Positions 12,585-23,904 of a stretch of DNA of 37,220 bases are shown here, in pieces. Position 1 is the first letter of the stretch, and each line of letters begins with the position of its first letter. A program made the translations under genes and the position numbers. A model generated the notes under the pieces. That model did no database searches, had not been told where the DNA came from, and was given only the letters and a program-made list of their open reading frames with translations. Origin of the DNA: Octopus bimaculoides (Eukaryota); NCBI RefSeq assembly GCF_001194135.2, contig NC_068982.1:160960566-160997785 (forward strand). Direction: 5' to 3'.

Positions 12585-12760
12585 CTCGGATGCAGTACCA
12601 GGCAGTGGCTCTCATGGCTTCTGATCTTAATTGATTGGAAGTGCTATCATGTACATTATTTTGTGTTGGTTTAAAAGATGGGCTACAGCAAATATTCTGC
12701 TTAATACCACAGATTTGCTTGTCAGTTGCTTCACCTTAACCAGTTGAGCATGTCCCTGGT
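12585..12760 (+). repeat. Interspersed repeat family E, 5' part
   Basis: atgtacatt..ttttgt..taaaagatgggctacagcaaatattctgct..cagatttgcttgtcagttg..ccttaaccagttgagcatgtc is nearly identical to 13697-13803. Confidence 0.8.
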
Positions 12761-12945
12761 AGGTGCCTTAGGTATAATAAAAAAATAGTAGGTGCCTTAG
12801 GTATAATAAAAAAAAATATTCAGACAAATACATNNNNNNNNNNNNNNNNNNNNNNNNNNNNNNNNNNNNNNNNNNNNNNNNNNNNNNNNNNNNNNNNNNN
12901 NNNNNNNNNNNNNNNNNNNNNNNNNNNNNNNNNNNNNNNNNNNNN

Positions 12946-13089
12946 GTGTCTGGGGAAAGTCATTCCCTTTTAGTGCCTTATTATTTAACACACTCACCGG
13001 AAAAGTTTCCACTCATTTAATTAAATAAGTAAATGAGTGGAAACTTTATCAGTGAGTGTTAAATAATAAGAATGACTCTCCCCAGACAC
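12946..13089. repeat. Long imperfect palindrome (fold-back or MITE-like)
   Basis: Arms 12946-13019 and 13030-13089 pair at 56/60 aligned bases, with 12-nt and 2-nt indels and a 10-nt loop. Confidence 0.9.
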
Positions 13090-13169
13090 AACAAAATAGA
13101 CTTCAACACACGAACTCACATAAAGAATCTTGCAAACCAAATCCAAAATCATCCACGTAACCTAGTCGA

Positions 13170-13320
13170 CTGGCAGAAGAAAAAAACTGATAGAATAAGC
13201 GCCAGACTTTTAAAAACGTCTGGAGTCGATATATTCAACCAAAAAAAAAAAACCACACTTTAGGGCAGTGCTCCAGTGTGGGCGCAGTCCAATGACTGAA
13301 ACAAGCAAAATATGAAAAAA
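13170..13320 (+). mobile_element. SINE family A 3' half
   Basis: gatagaataag..ggagtcgat..ggcagtgctccag..gcagtccaatgactgaaac parallels 26377-26472. Confidence 0.7.
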
Positions 13321-13650
13321 TATAGAAAAAATTCAGGCCTGCTCAGATAGATAAGACGTCTATATCTATCGTCCCGTCTTGATCCTACTGTGAGGTATTT
13401 CATCATGGGATAGTTGGCTTTTACCATAGCTTCATATTGACCCAAGTCTTGTAAATGAAAACTGTAGACAGAAAATGTTTGGAGGCCCCTCAGTGGGACT
13501 TTACCTTTATTTCAAAGAACCAGCCTTGTCACACGCTATCATAGTGATTCTGTCCACCTTGAGAGTTAGGTCACGAGTACACGTGTGTGTGTAGAAGAGT
13601 ATTAGTGGTGGATCTCCGTTGTTTGGCATGCACTGCTCTCTCACTCAATG

Positions 13651-13687
<37 letters not shown>

Positions 13688-13688
<1 letters not shown>

Positions 13689-14200
13689 GTGTCATAATGT
13701 ACATTGTTTTGTCTTAATATAAAAGATGAACTACAGCAAATATTCTGCTCAACACTACAGATTTGCTTGTCAGTTGTTTGACCTTAACCAGTTGAGCATG
13801 TCTCTTGGTAGATGACGATATGTGCATCTCTGATCACAAGCAGAAGCAGTGGGGAGCATCATAGTCATGTATTGCAAGGAATTCTTTGGGGTTTGGATAA
13901 TTCACATCTGGAGACATAGGTGTTTCGCTCAACACCCTTAAACAACTCTTATTCAGGGACCTTTTGAGCGGGATGGGCTACTCGCTGAAAAAAATTCAAA
14001 CTGGTGTCCCACCTGGAAGGTCATGCGGTGTTAATCTTGATATGAGATCACCATGTCACGCACATATGGTTGTGATGCATGTGTCTGGTGTACCCTTATC
14101 AGACGGATAGTCATGATGGGTATACTGGTTTTCGTATATTTTACCCCAGTGTCACATTGATGGATTGCACTGCTCTCTCACTCAATAATGATAATAATCT
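13688..14200 (+). repeat. Family E copy of about 500 bp flanked by (AAT)n on both sides; probable LINE 3' UTR or SINE
   Basis: Ends in gcactgctctctcactcaataatgataataat. The same terminus plus (AAT)n also lies directly upstream at 13624-13687. Confidence 0.75.
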
Positions 14201-14214
14201 TTTCTACAATAAAC

Positions 14215-14380
14215 ACAAGGCCTGGAATTCGGAGAAGGGGATAATCGATTACATTGATCTTAGTACTCAACTAGTACTTAATTTATCGACCCCGAAAAGA
14301 TGAGAGGCAAAGTTGACCTCGGCAAAATTTGAACTCAGAACGTGGCGACGGGTGAAGTACCGCTAAGCATTTCGTCGCCT
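14215..14380 (-). mobile_element. SINE family B copy with a 5' internal deletion
   Basis: Antisense match to 30620-30790. The segment carrying the A-box is missing. Confidence 0.8.
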
Positions 14381-14388
14381 TAATAATA

Positions 14389-14425
<37 letters not shown>

Positions 14426-14457
14426 GGAGGAGGAGGAGGAGGAGGAGGAGGAGGAGG
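14381..14457. repeat. Compound (AAT)(GAT)n(GAG)n microsatellite
   Basis: Read directly from the sequence. Confidence 0.95.
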
Positions 14458-14724
14458 ATTGATATTTGTATATCCTTTGACCATAATATCTTGGCAAAAG
14501 AATTTGATAAGCTCTGAAAATATGAAGATATACTAATCGAAATAGAAAAGATGTGGCATCTCAAGGCGGTTACAATACCAGTGATTGTAGGAGCACTTGG
14601 AATGATCAAAAAAGGAATTGAAAATTATTTGAGAACGATCCCTGACTTACCATCCATGCAAGAAGTGCAAAAGATTGTCTTTACTGGTACGTCGCACGTA
14701 TTAAGAAGAGCATTGTCGCTGTGA
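14458..14724 (+). mobile_element. R4/Dong-like LINE, C-terminal restriction-like endonuclease fragment (5'-truncated, one stop)
   Basis: IDICISFDHNILAKEFDKL*KYEDILIEIEKMWHLKAVTIPVIVGALGMIKKG..QEVQKIVFTGTSHVLRRALSL*. This has the KE.EK..KY.DL..EI..MW, PV.VGALG and HILR pattern of R4-clade ORF ends. Not in the ORF track. Confidence 0.85.
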
Positions 14725-15009
14725 ATTTTCTTTCCTTTTTCCCCCCTTTTATACTACTTGTTTACTTTTTTATTTTTCATTTTTTTTCATTTTTCTCTCT
14801 GTCTTTCTTCCCCTTTTTCTCTATTACTTTATAAATGAACAATTTGATGAGTTTATTTTAATGGCCTACAGTACGTGGGTCTTTGTGGTTTTCGTCACTG
14901 TTTACAATTTTGTTCCAATCGTTTTCAGATTTGGTATATGGATTAAGTTGTATATACTAATTATGAAAATGAAATTCATTTTCCTTATAAATCCATAATT
15001 GAAAAGTTA

Positions 15010-15420
15010 TTAGCATTTAAAATTTGCAAAATTTTGGTGTTTTAGCCAATCAGAAGCGAGTATTTTACATGTCACTGTGGCGAAAATTTCTATTTCTATA
15101 GTAACCAAAGCAAAGAGGCACCACGTGTTGCATAGCTGATTGCAAAGAACTGTTTCCATAGTAACCAAAGATGCTTTGTATGCGCACAAGGAGGAGAGGG
15201 AGATACGAGAAAGATAACTTATTTTATAAAATCCTACTTTAGTGTTTTTGACATGCCGATACCCACCCTGATGACAGAAGAGGCAGCGAACGTGCTGTTT
15301 TCTGATTGGCTGAAAATTCTGAAAATTATCTAACTTTGAATACCTGTAACATTTTTGCAAAATTTTTCTAGAATAAATGAATAACAAATTCGGATTCAGC
15401 ACCAAATATTACATCTGTAT
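15010..15420. mobile_element. Probable non-autonomous DNA-transposon remnant with inverted CCAAT-containing repeats
   Basis: ttttagccaatcagaa (15040-15055) is inverted as ttctgattggctgaaa (15300-15315). TATAGTAACCAAAG/CATAGTAACCAAAG recurs internally. Class assignment is inference. Confidence 0.35.
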
Positions 15421-15564
15421 GCTACATTAAAAAAACTCTTTAAAGATAATTGTAAACTGACGAAAACCACAAAGATGTTTCTCTGCCCTAGGCGTCAGGA
15501 AGACACTCGGCAAGAAATGAGAACAGAATTGAAAGAAGATGCTAATGCAAATAATAATAATAAT

Positions 15565-15669
15565 ATCTGTAACAGAATGGATGAAATCATTGCCCATATC
15601 ACCAACGAATGCTCTAGACTTGCCCCAAACCAGTACAAGTTGTGGCGACACGATCAGGTAGCGAAAGTG
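15565..15669 (+). mobile_element. R4/Dong-like LINE zinc-knuckle fragment
   Basis: ICNRMDEIIAHITNECSRLAPNQYKLWRHDQVAKV matches C..ET..HI...C..LA...YK.RHD.VA. It starts directly after an (AAT)n tract. Confidence 0.8.
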
Positions 15670-15904
15670 CCTGATGTTATTTCTGTTTTTGTAGTTGTTA
15701 TTTTCACAGGGTTCCTTATTGGTTGTTGGTACGCTTACTTTCGTATTTACTTCTGACTTTACTACGCTTACTTTCGTATCTACTGCTGATTTTTGTTGAC
15801 GATGTTTTTATGTTTGCATGTTGATGTTAATGTTGTGCTATGGTCAGTGTGCAGTGGTATTAGCAGCGGTTGAGGAGCCTATCTTCTACCCTCCTTTCCT
15901 ATGG

Positions 15905-16140
15905 ACAGAAAGTCCTTAGACAGCATTTGTCATCCTATAAGTGATACTTTCGTTTCCAGCCGTCAATCCCAACGAAGAATTGTAAGCCATCAGGCAAATT
16001 GATCGGATCTGGAATGGTTTCCCTACTTTCTTGATCTGTTTAGATCAATATTTCCATCTTTTGGCCCGTAGAACTGACATTTTCAATAATATCCAGCAAA
16101 CTTTGGGTTCTATTGTCAATATGGCATCTAAAGCAAACAT
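15905..16140 (-). mobile_element. Decayed L1/Tx1-like ORF1 fragment
   Basis: GQKMEILI*TDQES/TIPDPINLPDG is homologous by eye to GQLLEIIIQATQQDLESLPDLIKLPDG at 35947-36027. Confidence 0.55.
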
Positions 16141-17584
16141 ATACTGTTTGTTATTCAAAAATCGACAATATAGTTATCGATTATTCTGGATTGGATTGGC
16201 TGTTTATATGAAGAAAAAATATTATTTTCATGGCATTATTACATAAACATCCGACTAACTAGCACAAGGTATTTACACGCAGCATGCGCGCTTTGGAAGA
16301 ATCTACTTTTGCATGCTGTGTTCAATTTAGTTGAGGTCTTGTTTGTGACTTTTATGGTGTTGACGAGCAAGTGAGGTCTCAATATTCATGAGAGTGAAAG
16401 AGAGAGGAGGAAAAGAGACAGACAGACAGAGCAAAATAGAACAAGAGAAATGGTGAAGAATAAACACACAGACACATATACACACGCATTTTAGCAGCTT
16501 TGTGAGAATAAAAAAAGTAGAAAAACTGAGAAAAATAGAAAACTGTAATCATACCTATCAGTTCTTTCATTTACTCAAACAGTATTTTGACATCTGAGAA
16601 ACATGTTAATGTTCATTCCTGAAAATATCTTTAATCTTTTTTATATATATAATTCGCAATCTTGTTGATATTAATCCTTACTTTGTGGGGGGNNNNNNNN
16701 NNNNNNNNNNNNNNNNNNNNNNNNNNNNNNNNNNNNNNNNNNNNNNNNNNNNNNNNNNNNNNNNNNNNNNNNNNNNNNNNNNNNNNNNNNNNNNNNNNNN
16801 NNNNNNNNNNNNNNNNNNNNNNNNNNNNNNNNNNNNNNNNNNNNNNNNNNNNNNNNNNNNNNTGGGGGGGTTGTATGTGTGGGGGGTTGTATGTGTGGGG
16901 GGGTATTTGTGTGTACGTGTGGGTGTGGGTGTGTTTGTTTGCGTGTGTGTGTGTGTGCGTGTGTGCATATGTGTGTGTGTGTGTGTGTGTGCGTGTGTAT
17001 AATCTTAATGTTTGTTTTTAAGTTCAGTTATAATAAAAACAAGTTTACATTAATCGAATGGGTTACTTTTGTAGAGTACAAATTTGTTATTCTTGTACAA
17101 GAATGCTGTTGACAGTGATTTTCAAGTTCCAGCCAGCTACGCCGTCCTTACACGAATAATGTGTGTGTGTATGTGTGTGTGTATGTGTGTGTGTCTGTAT
17201 GTCTGTGTGTGTGTCTGTGTGTGTGTGTGTGTCTGTGTGTGTGTCTGTGTCTGTGTGTGTATGTATGTATATGCACGCATATATATACATACGAATATAT
17301 ATGCATGCATGTATATATGTGTATATATTCCCGAGCGTTATACTAATACATCCATTTGTTGTTTACACCACCTGTTTTCGTCTGTTATTTTTTCATGAAT
17401 TCTCCCTATATAATTACATATATACATATATATATAGTCAATACAATAGACAAATAATTCAAAAACTGAATCGAAACGAAAAACAGAAATACTAACGTGA
17501 GGACGTGCATAAAAATTATATTAACCTGACATATATATAATTGACATTATATTAGCTTGACATATATGTATGTATGTATGTTTT

Positions 17585-17740
17585 CTTTCACTCATTAGAC
17601 TGCAGCCATGCTGGAGCACCACCATGAGGAATTTTAGTCGAACGATCGACCCAAGCCCTTTTTCTTCTTTACCCTGGTATTTATGCTATCATTCTCTTTT
17701 CCCAAACCCCTAAGTTGCGGGTAAGTAGACACACTAAACA
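17585..17740 (-). mobile_element. SINE family A 3' half
   Basis: tcattagactgcagccatgctggagcacc..tttagtcgaac..tcgaccc is antisense to 26410-26470. Confidence 0.75.
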
Positions 17741-17827
17741 CAGATACAAAGACACACATACACACACATACACACACATACACACATATACACACATATA
17801 CATATACATACATATGTGTGTGTGTGT

Positions 17828-17876
<49 letters not shown>

Positions 17877-18435
17877 TATATATANNNNNNNNNNNNNNNN
17901 NNNNNNNNNNNNNNNNNNNNNNNNNNNNNNNNNNNNNNNNNNNNNNNNNNNNNNNNNNNNNNNNNNNNNNNNNNNNNNNNNNNNNNNNNNNNNNNNNNNN
18001 NNNNNNNNNNNNNNNNNNNNNNNNNNNNNNNNNNNNNNNNNNNNNNNNNNNNNNNNNNNNNNNNNNNNNNNNNNNNNNNNNNNNNNNNNNNNNNNNNNNN
18101 NNNNNNNNNNNNNNNNNNNNNNNNNNNNNNNNNNNNNNNNNNNNNNNNNNNNNNNNNNNNNNNNNNNNNNNNNNNNNNNNNNNNNNNNNNNNNNNNNNNN
18201 NNNNNNNNNNNNNNNNNNNNNNNNNNNNNNNNNNNNNNNNNNNNNNNNNNNNNNNNNNNNNNNNNNNNNNNNNNNNNNNNNNNNNNNNNNNNNNNNNNNN
18301 NNNNNNNNNNNNNNNNNNNNNNNNNNNNNNNNNNNNNNNNNNNNNNNNNNNNNNNNNNNNNNNNNNNNNNNNNNNNNNNNNNNNNNNNNNNNNNNNNNNN
18401 NNNNNNNNNNNNNNNNNNNNNNNNNNNNNNNNNNN

Positions 18436-18465
<30 letters not shown>

Positions 18466-18471
<6 letters not shown>

Positions 18472-18925
18472 CAAAATGGGACAAGAACGCAAAACATCCA
18501 GACAGTTAGGTGATACAAAAAAGGAACAACAAAACTTCCAGATAGACGATACAAAGAAAACAAGGACGGGTCATTCGGAGTTTTCTTTCCTCAGTCTAGT
18601 TCCAGATTATCTTTGCAATTTCGGCTGGTTATATTTAAGATTGCTCCAATCTGGCCAGTCCCAAGGAAAAACTAAGCTAAGAGCATTAGATTCCTTGGAA
18701 AAAAACAGCGAATGTATACGGAAACAAGGACGGAACAAAAAACAGAGAATGTTACACAAATACAAATAACAGGACATAACAACAGGTGTCTTTCGACTAA
18801 AGACGAATTAAATTAAGCTGGCGTGTATGGAAGTAAAACCTTACAGCAGGGATACAAGATTTCACAGGCACAGGGAGCAATATAGATGATGCCCGGACGG
18901 CGGCCGATCCGAGAAAGAAATGTCA
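18466..18925. repeat. Interspersed repeat family F with an internal tandem subrepeat (possible Penelope pseudo-LTR)
   Basis: The first 100 bp or so recur at 20042-20142 with high identity by eye. The internal unit caaaac.tccaga.ag..gatacaaa occurs twice. The PLE link is inference. Confidence 0.55.
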
Positions 18926-19197
18926 GGCTTGGCCGAACACCGGTCACGTGGGGAGAGAAGAGAGAGAGATAGAGGCAGAGGGACAGAAGAAATAAGGAGA
19001 GTCGAGAAAAAATGACAGGGACACAGTGAAGAGAAAAGAGGAGGGAAAGTGAGCATGAAGAGAAGGCAAGGAAATGTGAGAGAGGAGGGACGAAAAAACG
19101 AAGAGTGGAATGAACGAAGTAAGCGTGAATGGGGTGATAGAAAGAAGGAAAGAATAAAAGAATAGAAAGAATAGAGTCGTACAAGATTTAGATAAAT

Positions 19198-20024
19198 ATA
19201 TACTTATATATAAGAGACCAAAGTGTACGTACGCCGCTATATGTAATCTTCGAAAATATAAAACAGAGATATCTGTGTATTCGCTTTTCACGTGAAATCG
19301 ACTTCAACAAATGCTTCCATACTTGTGATGCATGAATAATTTGACCTCCGATAAATGTTAGGCTATTCATTTGATTTTTTTAATTAAAAATNNNNNNNNN
19401 NNNNNNNNNNNNNNNNNNNNNNNNNNNNNNNNNNNNNNNNNNNNNNNNNNNNNNNNNNNNNNNNNNNNNNNNNNNNNNNNNNNNNNNNNNNNNNNNNNNN
19501 NNNNNNNNNNNNNNNNNNNNNNNNNNNNNNNNNNNNNNNNNNNNNNNNNNNNNNNNNNNNNNNNNNNNNNNNNNNNNNNNNNNNNNNNNNNNNNNNNNNN
19601 NNNNNNNNNNNNNNNNNNNNNNNNNNNNNNNNNNNNNNNNNNNNNNNNNNNNNNNNNNNNNNNNNNNNNNNNNNNNNNNNNNNNNNNNNNNNNNNNNNNN
19701 NNNNNNNNNNNNNNNNNNNNNNNNNNNNNNNNNNNNNNNNNNNNNNNNNNNNNNNNNNNNNNNNNNNNNNNNNNNNNNNNNNNNNNNNNNNNNNNNNNNN
19801 NNNNNNNNNNNNNNNNNNNNNNNNNNNNNNNNNNNNNNNNNNNNNNNNNNNNNNNNNNNNNNNNNNNNNNNNNNNNNNNNNNNNNNNNNNNNNNNNNAGC
19901 CATCATTCATCTCAGAGTCCATCTACAGAATGTCCTCACATTTCTATACAGCATATTTTGCTTTTTTTCATCCAGTATATAAGCAATAATTTCATTCCTG
20001 AGCAACGCCGGGTGCCTCTGCTAG
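19198..20024 (+). mobile_element. Probable non-autonomous Helitron spanning a gap
   Basis: The 3' end has a GC-rich hairpin CCTGAGC-AAC-GCCGGG (19997-20012), then CTAG|T at 20021-20025. The candidate 5' end atatacttatatataag lacks the canonical TC. The middle is N. Confidence 0.5.
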
Positions 20025-20041
20025 TTATATATAAAAAAAAT

Positions 20042-20142
20042 ACAAAATGAATCAAGAACGCAAAAGATTCAGACAGTTAGGCGATAAAAAAGGGACAACA
20101 AAACATCCAGATAGACGATACAAAGTAAACAAGGACGGGTCA
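20042..20142. repeat. Family F partial copy
   Basis: Direct repeat of 18471-18572. Confidence 0.8.
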
Positions 20143-20185
20143 TATATATATATACAATATATGTATTTGTATATATATACGACAA

Positions 20186-20308
<123 letters not shown>

Positions 20309-20929
20309 ATTAATAAGTTTCAAAATGGAGACATTCAATGGATATAATTAATTTATTAATTAATTAACATTGCCTAGCAATTGTTTCATTTCACACCCAA
20401 TTTAAATTACAAAACATTGTAAGTTTGCATTTTCAGTGTTGAACATTACCATCCCATTTCGATTACACACACACACAAAAAAAACACACACACACTCACA
20501 CTCGCGTAAACATACCTCTATTTTACGCACACATATACTCACACTTCAAACGCTGTTTATCGGTTTTTTTCACTTCTTACGTGGTTATTCGTCTATCACC
20601 CCTTCCTTGATACAATACTTGATATTTAAGTATTATATCATATAATATATATGATATATTATTTTGATTTTATATTATTTTTATCCTATGATTGGTTTGT
20701 AAATTAAGTTATGCCTATTATATTCTGCTTATGCCATTAATGTTTAATTAATGTTTAATTTTATCTTTATTTATTAGATTTTATTAAATTTCTAAAATAT
20801 ACTTAGGCTAATTCTAACAAGTTAAAGTATTCGCTCTTCCTGAGCTAATTTGTCTTTCAATAATATATATTATACTTATTATATATTATGCTTATATTTC
20901 TAATGTTCAGTTTTGTTAAACTATTCTCT

Positions 20930-21312
20930 TTCTTAGAGCTAATCAATCTAAGAAATTTCTTCTGTACATAATTGACATCTCTTATCTGATATTTGATAAG
21001 CTTTTGCATAGCTTACAACTTCCCATTTAATCCTATAATTTTTTCCATTATCTTTTAACATCCATATAAATTTGCTGGGACTTGTATTGTTGATTATATG
21101 CTTATTTCTAAAAGAACTCTCATGGTTTGCAACTCTCCGTTTAAATCGAGTTTCGGTTGAACTTAAGTAATGGTATTTCTTCCCCTCAGATTCAACCACA
21201 CGCCTTTATACCAGGTTATCTTGTTTACAATTATTATTAAGTTTACAATTTTTTTTAATCCTGCAATCACAAGTCTTTTTAGCACCATTATTTATACAAT
21301 TCTTAAGTTTAT
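20930..21312 (-). mobile_element. Penelope-like element GIY-YIG endonuclease fragment
   Basis: TCDCRIKKNCKLNNNCKQDNLV* runs into YHYLSSTETRFKRRVANHESSFRN..SKFIWMLKDNGKNYRIKWEVVSYAKAYQISDKRCQLCTEE. This fits the PLE pattern CNC....CPL...C, Y(I)G.T...FK.R..NH..SF, I.W.I, C.LC.EE. Confidence 0.85.
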
Positions 21313-21329
21313 TATATTTATTAGTTCAG

Positions 21330-21430
21330 GCTCGATAAATTAAGTACCAGTCAAATACTAGGGTTGATGTGATCGATTTTCCCCCTTCCCACAAAAAATA
21401 CAAGCTTTGTGCCTATAGTAGAAAGGATTA
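21330..21430 (+). mobile_element. SINE family B 3' part
   Basis: tcgataaattaagtaccagt..actagggttgatgtgatcga matches 30048-30092. Confidence 0.65.
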
Positions 21431-22044
21431 TAATGATATAGAAAAATTAAAGTAATTTGTATCAACGAAGGAATTTCACATGTTCTGCAAGAAATAGCAA
21501 TTTGTTCGTCTCCAAATTATATCCAACCGACTTGGGAACTAAGTGTCGCATTGACTAAAATTATGTCCGGAGATAGGGAAAGACCAGATGGCCGGCCTAA
21601 AAAGTCATTACTCGTATGTCTGTTCCTGTCATATACACATTATGATTCTGTGGGAACACATCATATAGACAGCACTATATAGATGTATAAACATATACAC
21701 ATACATTACCAATACTATGCAGATACACTACCACATACACTCACACATCAATACCACATAAACACTCTTCCACATACACATGCGTAACACAAGTCCATGT
21801 AGACACCCCACTACCATACACACACATGCAACAAAATCCTATATAGAAACATTACCATATAAATACACACATATAATATGACAATGTCATTTAGACCCAG
21901 TACCATATAGACACAGTAGAATATACCCATACACATACATACACAAACATCATGAGCCCTTATACACACATACAAACATACACATCGTGACTCAACGTAG
22001 ACACACCACAGTCTAAAAAGCAGGCACATGGCAACAAGTTAGTT

Positions 22045-22232
22045 TCTACGTGGTCACTCGACCTGTCAAAAATAGCAGCGAAAAACCTTCAAGTTTCACC
22101 CTTAAAGGGCGGAAAGTGTGATATTGGTCAATATCGTCTCTTATACTAAAAAGACAAGATGGTCACAGTTGGGGCACCTTTCATCATAGGCAAGTTCAAT
22201 CAGAACTGACCTGAGTATAAACAACAGCAGCA
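22045..22232 (+). repeat. Family C copy
   Basis: The best-preserved copy of the family also seen at 5860, 6520 and 11935. Ends in an (AAC)-like tail. Confidence 0.55.
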
Positions 22233-23904
22233 TGCCACAATAAACGTACAAACACTCGCACATAAACACACACATTCACATTAAAATAAACGCAGACACA
22301 CACATTCATATTATAATAAATGTATGCATACACAAGCACATCAGTGTAAACACACACATAAACATACACATAAACACAACACATAAACACACACACTTTA
22401 CAACTGCACACAGATCTACCAAATATACTACGCAAAGAAACGCTGATATACGCACATAATCACCATCTCTCATTACACACGTAAATATTAGACGATAAAC
22501 ATACACTACACTGATACCGACAGCCGCACACACACACACACACACACACACGTAGTGATATACAAAGTTCAAACTTCATATAAGAACTGACTGATTGATA
22601 AATAGACAGCTACACAGAGATCAGTGCACACGTCACAGGATTGTGACCAAAACTTTCATACAAAGATTGATTAAATAATATTGAAGGGAATAACAACGAC
22701 AACAACAANNNNNNNNNNNNNNNNNNNNNNNNNNNNNNNNNNNNNNNNNNNNNNNNNNNNNNNNNNNNNNNNNNNNNNNNNNNNNNNNNNNNNNNNNNNN
22801 NNNNNNNNNNNNNNNNNNNNNNNNNNNNNNNNNNNNNNNNNNNNNNNNNNNNNNNNNNNNNNNNNNNNNNNNNNNNNNNNNNNNNNNNNNNNNNNNNNNN
22901 NNNNNNNNNNNNNNNNNNNNNNNNNNNNNNNNNNNNNNNNNNNNNNNNNNNNNNNNNNNNNNNNNNNNNNNNNNNNNNNNNNNNNNNNNNNNNNNNNNNN
23001 NNNNNNNNNNNNNNNNNNNNNNNNNNNNNNNNNNNNNNNNNNNNNNNNNNNNNNNNNNNNNNNNNNNNNNNNNNNNNNNNNNNNNNNNNNNNNNNNNNNN
23101 NNNNNNNNNNNNNNNNNNNNNNNNNNNNNNNNNNNNNNNNNNNNNNNNNNNNNNNNNNNNNNNNNNNNNNGCACAAACATAAAGCAAAAGAGGTGGGGGA
23201 CTATATAGTTATGTAGTATTTTCATGAACAAAATAAGAGAACTCGATGCATATAGATTGAGTGAATATTTTATTGAGTTATATTTCTTACGGCCAACCTA
23301 AAGTCATTATAACTCCTAGTTTCATAACTGAGAAGCTGTAATCGACCACAGTATTAATTAGATGAAAGCCAAATAGTGCTATCATCTTCCAGCTGCACAT
23401 GGTGTGAAAAGAAGAGGGTATGAGGGGAAGTTTTACCTATTACTTGATAATTACTTGAAGTTAGCTAATGGTGTGATTGAAGGGGTTAACTGGTGGAAAA
23501 TAACACTTTTTATTATAGTTTTAGCTAAAGTAAAACAAATTGCCTCAAATAAGTAACAAGTTATAAGAAGGCATCATTCTCTAACACCTTTCTCTTAACG
23601 TATGCACAGACAGAAAATGACATTACAATATTACTAATAAATATACACATACATACATATATGCGCACATATACACATATATATTTGCGGACATGTATGT
23701 ATGTAGACAGAGAAAGGAAAGCAAAAGTATTGTTTTTGCTTGAAGCATTACACAGTTAGAAAGCTACAGCAATGCACAGGAAATAGGAGAAGAGAAAAAA
23801 AGGTAGATTGGTAAGAAACTCTCAAGAGAGCTGAACAGCAGAAGATCTTCAGAAAAGCAAGTGTGTCGGCCCTTCATTTTTTTTTTTTTTCATTTTTGCT
23901 CTCT

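Noticed and set aside
12759-12818. 29-bp direct duplication GTAGGTGCCTTAGGTATAATAAAAAAATA
   Set aside because: It lies 15 bp from a gap and differs only in A-run length, so it may be an assembly artefact. No function is inferable.
15262-15300. CTGATGA..GAAC as a hammerhead
   Set aside because: Neither stem I nor stem II pairs. The same applies to CTGA(T/A)GA hits near 2157, 7433 and 10961.
15730-15792. 33-bp imperfect tandem duplication
   Set aside because: Ordinary slippage product with no further structure.
18560-18665. Minus-strand CCAGCC-GAAA and CUGAGGA as a permuted hammerhead in family F
   Set aside because: The stems cannot be closed consistently: there is no stem II partner after CUGAGGA and no properly placed UH.
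20820-20865. Minus-strand GCUC AGGAA GAGC-GAAUAC as a hammerhead stem II
   Set aside because: The core 5' strand is absent or displaced and GAAA is interrupted.
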